From: the human T2T-CHM13v2.0 reference genome, Homo sapiens
Length of the DNA stretch: 64,000 bases
Strand: one strand, 5' to 3'
Assembly: GCF_009914755.1 (NCBI RefSeq)
Contig: NC_060927.1
The notes beneath the pieces are model-generated. The model saw only the letters and a list, made by a program, of their open reading frames with translations, made no database searches and was not told where the DNA came from. The translations under genes and the position numbers were made by a program. Positions within the stretch are counted from its first letter, which is position 1; every line of letters begins with the position of its first letter. Below are positions 54,047 through 64,000 of the stretch, in pieces.

Positions 54047-54250
54047 GCCAGCGTCTAGTTAGCCCTGGCTCAGCCAACGAGACCTCATCCATCCTGGTGG
54101 AGTCAGTGACCAGGTCGTCTACAGAGACCTGCTATAGCGCCATTCCCAAGGCATCCTCGGACGCCAGCAAGGTGACCTCTAAGGGGGCAGGGCTCTCAAA
54201 GGCCTTTGTGGGCCAGAAGAGTTCCTTCCTGGTGGACTGCAGCAAAGCTG
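54047..54250 (+). CDS. FLNB: FLNB exon 45 (204 nt), hinge 2 and start of repeat 24
   Basis: tcttag|GC..GCTG|gtaggt; [24 protein letters not shown]...VDCSKA. Confidence 0.97.
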
Positions 54251-55031
54251 GTAGGTGTCTGGGCCTTTTCAAGGGTGGGGTGGGGCAGGGGCAGGCTGGG
54301 CACCCTGGGTACACTGGCCTTCCCTGCTGAGGTCTCCTGCAGTGCCCACCCCCATGTAGGCCAGCCGTTTGCAAGTAACCATCGTCATGACCCTGTTCTC
54401 CTGCACTTAATATTTTTAAATGATTTCCTTCTCTTTTGCCTTTTGAACTTGGGTATTTATTTGGGTTTCAAGGGTCGGTTGCCTGGGTTCTGGCATCCAG
54501 TACACCTGGGCTGGAAACCTAGTACCGCCACTTCATTCATTCATTCGTTTGTTCTAAAACTTATTTAGCCATGTGACCTTGGAAAGTTATTAAATCTCTT
54601 TCCAAAAGTCAGTTTCCTCTTCTCGGAAGTACCTTCCTTAAGGTGCTTGTGAGAGTAAACAAGAAGATTCTCATAGCCAACACTTAGAATAGCCCTTACT
54701 GTGTGCTAGGTTTTGACACCCATAACTCTTAAACCTCACAACTAGTTCGTGAGGTATGTGCTGTTCTCATTCCCTGTTTACAGATGGGGAAGCTGAGCTA
54801 GGGAGAGGTGAGATTCCAGTCCAAGGTCACCCAGGTAGCAAGTGGCAGGGCAGGGATTCGAACCCACACCGTCAGGCTCTATGAGCCTCTGCTTGTAATT
54901 GCCACGCTCTCCCACCTCTTAGGGGCCCCAGCATTATCGTGGAAGCACCTTACCTTTGGCTCTCATATTTCCTCTTCTTCCTGTGCCTGTCCTGATGCAT
55001 CCGGGTGGAGTAACCACCTTTTGCCTCCTAG

Positions 55032-55219
55032 GCTCCAACATGCTGCTGATCGGGGTCCATGGGCCCACCACCCCCTGCGAGGAGGTCTCCATGAAGCATG
55101 TAGGCAACCAGCAATACAACGTCACATACGTCGTCAAGGAGAGGGGCGATTATGTGCTGGCTGTGAAGTGGGGGGAGGAACACATCCCTGGCAGCCCTTT
55201 TCATGTCACAGTGCCTTAA
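55032..55219 (+). CDS. FLNB: FLNB exon 46 coding part (188 nt including TAA), repeat 24 dimerisation domain
   Basis: tcctag|GC; [17 protein letters not shown]...GSPFHVTVP*. Confidence 0.98.
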
Positions 55220-56708
55220 AACAGTTTTCTCAAATCCTGGAGAGAGTTCTTGTGGTTGCTTTTGTTGCTTGTTTGTAATTCATTTTATACAAAGCCCTCC
55301 AGCCTGTTTGTGGGGCTGAAACCCCATCCCTAAAATATTGCTGTTGTAAAATGCCTTCAGAAATAAGTCCTAGACTGGACTCTTGAGGGACATATTGGAG
55401 AATCTTAAGAAATGCAAGCTTGTTCAGGGGGCTGAGAAGATCCTGAGTACACTAGGTGCAAACCAGAACTCTTGGTGGAACAGACCAGCCACTGCAGCAG
55501 ACAGACCAGGAACACAATGAGACTGACATTTCAAAAAAACAAAACTGGCTAGCCTGAGCTGCTGGTTCACTCTTCAGCATTTATGAAACAAGGCTAGGGG
55601 AAGATGGGCAGAGAAAAAGGGGACACCTAGTTTGGTTGTCATTTGGCAAAGGAGATGACTTAAAATCCGCTTAATCTCTTCCAGTGTCCGTGTTAATGTA
55701 TTTGGCTATTAGATCACTAGCACTGCTTTACCGCTCCTCATCGCCAACACCCCCATGCTCTGTGGCCTTCTTACACTTCTCAGAGGGCAGAGTGGCAGCC
55801 GGGCACCCTACAGAAACTCAGAGGGCAGAGTGGCAGCCAGGCCCACATGTCTCTCAAGTACCTGTCCCCTCGCTCTGGTGATTATTTCTTGCAGAATCAC
55901 CACACGAGACCATCCCGGCAGTCATGGTTTTGCTTTAGTTTTCCAAGTCCGTTTCAGTCCCTTCCTTGGTCTGAAGAAATTCTGCAGTGGCGAGCAGTTT
56001 CCCACTTGCCAAAGATCCCTTTTAACCAACACTAGCCCTTGTTTTTAACACACGCTCCAGCCCTTCATCAGCCTGGGCAGTCTTACCAAAATGTTTAAAG
56101 TGATCTCAGAGGGGCCCATGGATTAACGCCCTCATCCCAAGGTCCGTCCCATGACATAACACTCCACACCCGCCCCAGCCAACTTCATGGGTCACTTTTT
56201 CTGGAAAATAATGATCTGTACAGACAGGACAGAATGAAACTCCTGCGGGTCTTTGGCCTGAAAGTTGGGAATGGTTGGGGGAGAGAAGGGCAGCAGCTTA
56301 TTGGTGGTCTTTTCACCATTGGCAGAAACAGTGAGAGCTGTGTGGTGCAGAAATCCAGAAATGAGGTGTAGGGAATTTTGCCTGCCTTCCTGCAGACCTG
56401 AGCTGGCTTTGGAATGAGGTTAAAGTGTCAGGGACGTTGCCTGAGCCCAAATGTGTAGTGTGGTCTGGGCAGGCAGACCTTTAGGTTTTGCTGCTTAGTC
56501 CTGAGGAAGTGGCCACTCTTGTGGCAGGTGTAGTATCTGGGGCGAGTGTTGGGGGTAAAAGCCCACCCTACAGAAAGTGGAACAGCCCGGAGCCTGATGT
56601 GAAAGGACCACGGGTGTTGTAAGCTGGGACACGGAAGCCAAACTGGAATCAAACGCCGACTGTAAATTGTATCTTATAACTTATTAAATAAAACATTTGC
56701 TCCGTAAA
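55220..56708 (+). other. FLNB: FLNB 3'UTR (end approximate)
   Basis: No recognisable interspersed repeat between the stop codon and the poly(A) signal. Confidence 0.88.
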
Positions 56709-56748
56709 GTTGCCTTGGTGTTCTTGGATGATGTCGCTTCTGAATAAA
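56683..56748 (+). terminator. FLNB polyadenylation signal region
   Basis: Overlapping ATTAAA (56683-56688) and AATAAA (56687-56692), upstream TGTA elements, downstream GU-rich gttgccttggtgttctt; second AATAAA at 56743-56748. Confidence 0.85.
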
Positions 56749-56756
56749 TTGTTTAA

Positions 56757-57033
<277 letters not shown>

Positions 57034-57127
57034 TCAGCTCTCCCAACCCCTTAAGGGACACAAAACTAGCAACTTGTTTTGACAATGAACCTGGGCTCCT
57101 TTTGTGGGGGTGGGGTGGGGCTGGTAA

Positions 57128-57529
<402 letters not shown>

Positions 57530-59153
57530 TGAATGCTTACGAGGTACCTAGCACCCCTCCTCCGCCCCCACCTCCTCCTCCTCTGTCTCCGCCTCCTCCC
57601 CACCCCACAGCAGTGATACCGCTTTACAGATGGCACTACCACCTCAGGTGCTGCAATGACATGTTTGCAGATGCAAAGCTCACTTGGGGGAAGACCCTAG
57701 GCCCCTGCCTTCTTGACCCCAGGGTGCTAGCTCTACCCCCTGGTGATACCGCTGTGGAAACAGGAGTCCCCAGATAGGCCCCGGCAGGTGCCACGGTGAT
57801 GGGAAATCACGGCTGGGCCCCCAGCCCTCCAGATGGGGGTTGGGGGTGGAGAGAAAAGCAGGGAAGGGAGACTGGATTCTTCTGACACCTGGCTGTCAAT
57901 TGGGATCAATTGTTTGCCTCTGAGAGGAGGGAGGAAGAGAGTGGAGGAAAGGTCCTCTCCTCCCGGAGGGAGCAGCCTTATCTGTGGCCTGCACCAGGAA
58001 GCACTGCTTCCTGGACTCCTATCTGAGAAGGTCCGTGGGCTTCGGGATTCTGCAGTGGCGGGCAGTTCCCCCACTTGCCAAAGAGTCCATTCAGGCTCTG
58101 CCCGGTGGGGTCTGGCCGGGCCACAGTATCATGCTAGTTTGCCCACAGAGGAGCACAGGGCGCAGCCATTGGTCTCTCCACTGTGAAGCCTGGCGGCTTT
58201 CTGTTGGGGGAGGCAGCATTTGTAAATTAACAGCATGGGCTTTGGTGTCAGGCACCCCAGAGCTTCAACGCTGGCTCTGCCGTTCATTAGCTGTGTGGCC
58301 CTGGGGAAGTCGCCTTGCCTCACCTCTCTGGGTGGTCGTGAGGATCAAATAAGAGCCCACAGGGAGCTGTAAGGAACAATTCCCTGCCAGAGTCTCAGCC
58401 ACTGCTGTCTGTGACCAACACCTGCTGGAAGTGATGTTCCTGGCAGAAGGCCGCCCCCTGGCTGCTTGTTGGCATCTGGGGCTACACTTGGTTGTCCCCT
58501 GCATGGGAGCGATGGTGATGTTACCCTGGGGTAAATTTCCCCACTAGAAGCCACTGCCTCCTGTTACATCAAAGACATCCCAGGGTGGGATGCACCTCTT
58601 TATCAGTCAATGGCTAGGACCACAGGGCAACCCTTACCTGCACCTGGGCTTGGCTGCTATGGAAACCAGCTGTTTGTGCAAATACCTTGAAAACTTTGAA
58701 ACTTGACCCCGGACAGGCCTGGTGCCAGGTCCTTTCCGACTTTTGTGTTTTCTTTCCACCTTTCACTACTGACTTTGCCTCTTTCCTACCAGGAATGGAC
58801 AGGGCCGATGGAGGTGAAGCGGACAGCAGCTGCACTGCCCTGTAGAGATTCCCAGGCCCTGCCCACTTCAAAGCACACAAGCCCACCTCTTCCTCATCAC
58901 ATTTCCCTTTGCAACCCAGGGAGGCACTCACCAGGATGCTGCCAAGAAGGAAACATTTTATTAACATGTTTCTTTGTTTCCGATGCACTTAAAACACTTG
59001 GGCCTCTTGACCAAGTCTAGTTTTAGGACTTCAAAGGGGCGTTGAAAGCCACATTTTGATGACTTTGGTGTAAAATGAGTAGGGCATATCGGGATTTAAT
59101 TTCCCTTGAAAGTTGCACAGACTTAAAAATTAGCAGAATAGGCTAGCAGAATA

Positions 59154-59468
<315 letters not shown>

Positions 59469-60817
59469 TTAAAGGCAAAATGAGTGCTTGATCCTTGTCA
59501 ACCCGCCAAGTTTATATTAAAAATGGGGAGTGTTGCTGTTAACTGAAGTGCGCATTAGCCTCAGTTCTCAGCCCTATGGAAGTAGAGTCAAGGAAAGAGA
59601 TGGAGTCTTTCCAAATCTCCATTAACTTGGAGGGGGAAGAGGCTGTATAATCTGTATATTTCACGAATGAAAACTCCCAGAAATTAGTATCTTATGCAGG
59701 TATTTTTTCCCTTTCACAGTAGTAAATCATAATTTGAGGAAGTAAAAATGTCACATTGGGGGCAGTAAGGGCTCAGGCAAGCCTGGATTCAGTTTATTTT
59801 TCTGGCTTTGTCCTAAGGATGCTGCCTAACGCATGGTGGGAGGAATCTTTCTAAACAAAGAGATCCTTCTCTGCTTCGTGATAAGGCTTTTGTCTGAGCC
59901 CCCAGGCCCACGGGGACCGGCTCATGGGCATGGAATTTAGGGAGACCTACTCCACAGCCCTCACACCCTTTTTCTCTCTTCCTCAAGAGCTCTCAAGAGC
60001 AGGCAGGAAATGGAGAATCTACGAGCCTGACTTGTGGCACGGATCCACATATCCAAGGGTGTTTTGTATTTTGGACTCGCTTATCTCCCCGGGACAAAGT
60101 ACAAAGATGAAAGAATCTGCAAGCCTTTTGTTGCCCATGTTTCTCCCTCTGCCCTGACTGCCTTGCCAAGATACCAAAACACCTCTCCCTGTCGGGGGCT
60201 GCCCTCCCTTTCTAGGAAGTGGACGTGCTTAGGGCAAAGCTGGTGCTGAACCCCGGCAGGGTGTATTCAGAGGAGGAGAAAACCTCAGCAGAAGCACCAA
60301 GTCCTGGAAATGCCAGCTTCAGGCCCAGCTACAAGCAGCCTGCTCCATAGCAGCAGAATAACCTCGTGTAGCAGCAGCATTCAGAGAACAGCGGGTCACA
60401 TGCTGCAGGTTCAAACCGGATTCCAAGCCCAGCGCTGCTGCTTACCAACCGAGATACCTCAGGCGGTCACCTTCTCTGTGCCTCACTGCTCTCATCTGTA
60501 AAATACGGAAATAATGGGAAACTTCCATTCTAAAATCAGATGAACTCCAGAAAGGCATCTCCCCCTGCCTCCCTCCCGCTCAGCACATCCACCCCGCAAC
60601 TGGCCTGGGCAAACTTTCCTCAACCCAAAGCTGTTGAGAGAGGGACTGCCTGAGTGTTGCAGAGATTCGGCTCCCCAAGGCAGACTGGAAGGGGCACCCC
60701 AGCTAGGGAAAGGGAGGCTTATGGAGAAGCCATTAAGCGTGGTGGCTCTAAGGTTGGGCTGGGGATTCAAATCCTGGCCCTGCCATGACCTCTGGCAGGC
60801 AGGTCACTGATCCTTCA

Positions 60818-61282
<465 letters not shown>

Positions 61283-61742
61283 CTAAGACATTAAGTTCTG
61301 AGTCCTAGGAAAGCAGTGTGGTGTGGCAGACAGAGTCTTGGTCTGGGCATTAGGGTTAGGCAGTATCAGTAGGAGTGGGTGGGGTGGGGTGGGCCAACCA
61401 CAGAACTCTGTCTGAGGTGGGATGTTGGTGGCCTCAGGGAGTGGCCAGAAAGGTGGGAGGAGAAAGGGGTGAGTCACATGCACCTAGGAGGGCTCCAGCC
61501 CACATGCCAGCCTGTTCTTGTCCCCTGGTTTCAGAGCTTCACCATTTTCCCTTTGCATAGGCCTAGGCCAGTGACAGACCTGAGGGCTGCTCCCACACTG
61601 CGCCATCCCAGGGATTGTTAGATGGATGGAGCTTAAATAAGTTAATAAACTAAGAGTAAGAAAATTATCATCGTAAGTAACACTAACGCTATGCACTGAG
61701 ACTTACTATCACATTTTTTAAAGGAGAGTTTGTCAAGGCTCA

Positions 61743-62099
<357 letters not shown>

Positions 62100-62134
62100 T
62101 CAAGGCTGTGTTAAAACTCGGTAAACCTGTCTAG

Positions 62135-62600
62135 GAACGGGGCCGTGAAGTTGTGCACGGCTCCAGACACAGAAAACAGAAGCCAGAGGAGGCTCTCCTA
62201 GCGGGCCGTTGGCCTCCTTGGGCCCGCGGAAGGCGGCCCTTTGGGAGCGCCTCTCTGCACCGTCCCAGCTCCGCTCCCCTCTCGGGGAAGTTGTGGGCCT
62301 CGGGGGTGAGAGGACGACTGCCTGGGTTGTCGTGGCCGCAGTGACCGCTAGGGGTCGCCTTGGACACGCGAAATACGTCCGCGAGCGGAGTCCCTGCGGT
62401 GGGGAAGGCGCGGGCTCTCCCAGACCAGGAGGAGGGGGACCCACCCACCTCTCTTCTTCTGCGCTGGTAAGTCCGGGGGCTCCAGCGCAGAAGCTTCGGG
62501 GGTGGGGCAGAGAGGCTGTCTGGAGTTCTAGCAGCAGACTCCGCCCCGCAACCGATTGACTCCAGGGTCCTGCCGCCCCCAAGCCCCGAAACTCCTGACT
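62135..62600. promoter_or_regulatory. Intergenic CpG-rich element with a CTCF-like motif
   Basis: Dense non-Alu CpGs and high GC; CCGCTAGGGGTCGC at 62345-62358; CTG|GTAAGT donor at 62466/62467. Confidence 0.7.
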
Positions 62601-64000
62601 TCCTCCCTTCACCCCTCACCCCCACTGTCCCCAGTAACAGAGCCAATGTGAAGTGCGCCTAGGCATAATTTACTTGAGCACATTTCCCGGGCACCTACTG
62701 TGTGCCAGGCTCGGCCCGCGGAGACACCCGAGTTACAGGGCAGGGCAGGATCAGCTCCGCGAGGCCAGGGCGTTTTGTCCTGTTGTTCACTTGCAGCCCG
62801 GGACACACAGTAGGCCCTCCGCCAGGAGAGAATGACTAACTGGTGCTTAGCTCCTGCTCAGGCAGCCTGCAGGCGAAAGGTTCATCAGTCACTACTGTGC
62901 GTGCCCCGGGGAGGCATCTCAGACCCAGCTATTCCACTTAACCTGAGTTTCTTCCCCAAATTTCCCAAACCCCTCACAGTCCATTTCACACGTGGAAAGA
63001 CTGAGGCCCAGAGGGCAGTCTATACATCCGTGGCCTTTCTTGCCTTTCTAACTGGGGGGTCCCAGGCTGCAACACTCTTCCCCTGTGCTTTGCCCCTGGC
63101 TAACTCATGTTCACAGTTCAGGTCTCAGTCAAACGGCACCTCTTCCAGGAAGCCTTCCCTGACCCACTCACTGCAACCTGGCTAAGCGTCTGCCTCCCCT
63201 TCTAGAGGGTGAAACCCTGAGAGCAGGAAGTACCTGGGCTCTGTCTTTCCTCATCTACATTTTGAGCCTGGCTTGGTGCCTGGCACAGGGTCAGAAGCTA
63301 ATGACGTTTGTTGAATGAAAAGTGGAAGGCAAGCGGCCCCAGGGCCCTGTGGGCAGCCTCCTTCTCCCTGGTCAGGGAGGCAGAAGGTGTGAGGATCCAG
63401 GTGGCTGACTTTGTGGTACCGCCGAGGCGTCAGGTGGGTCCTCCCCTGCCCCGCCCTGCCTGCGCCTCTCTCAAGTGCCCATCCCACTTCCTGGGAGAAT
63501 TTTGTGTCTGTAACACAAGGACGTGGGTTTTGGGGTTAAACCCAGAGATTCCTCAGTTTACTCATTTGCGAGAGTGACGCAAGACGGCCTGTTTGCAAAT
63601 CACTGTGAGGATTAAGTGATGTAACAGTAAAGTCCCCAGCCCGGGGCCTGGCATGGAGTAGGTACACACCAGCGGGCACACCAGCCTCAGTGCCCTGGGG
63701 CAGTCACATGGTTTCCAAGCCTCCATTGCCCCACTTGGAAAGGAGGACATGAAAGCCTACTAATGGGGAGGATGGTTTAAGGCACACAGAGCACAGCTTA
63801 GCACCTGGCACCTCACGGGTGCTTGTGAAACTGCAGCTGATGTTGAGGGAGCACTTCCTCCCAGCCAGACACTGTCCAAGTGTTTTATATGCTGGTCTAG
63901 TGTCATTCTCCCAATACTAAGGGTAGTTCCCACTCTCACCCTCCTGTACAGATGAGGCCACTCCGCTAGCAAGGGACAGAGCTGCGTATCTGAGGAGCTG

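Noticed and set aside
62100-62646. Overlapping ~170-aa ORFs at the CpG element
   Set aside because: Stop-codon depletion in high-GC DNA; no homology recognised

Overview
Human (primate, Alu-rich) genomic DNA containing the 3' two-thirds of FLNB (filamin B, chr3p14.3) on the + strand. I located 28 canonical coding exons (exons 19-46 of the 2602-aa isoform), all with GT-AG boundaries and consistent phases. They total 5064 nt, encode Ig-like repeats 7-24 plus hinges 1 and 2, and end at TAA 55217-55219, followed by a ~1.5-kb 3'UTR and poly(A) signal (~56690). Known alternative elements are also visible: the 93-nt insert exon, the hinge-1 exon with two donors, the var-1 exon, the var-2/var-3 truncating exon, and the M/V and Q/R A-to-I recoding sites. 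Introns carry many Alus, MIRs, hAT DNA transposons and an MLT1 LTR, and a CpG-rich element lies ~5.5 kb past the gene. I see no new protein-coding system. The most unexpected signals are: (i) a near-perfect 61-bp non-repeat inverted repeat with adjacent template-switch hairpins in intron 18; (ii) a 319-bp TSD-flanked antisense retrocopy that supplies a minus-strand poly(A) signal, probably used by FLNB-AS1; (iii) a compact exon-intron hairpin that could explain the recoding sites; (iv) an open, in-frame 102-nt intron and a strong cryptic acceptor around the var-1 exon; and (v) an orphan CpG/CTCF element with a strong splice donor. Exon numbers, domain boundaries, isoform names and repeat family names are from memory, not from a database search.
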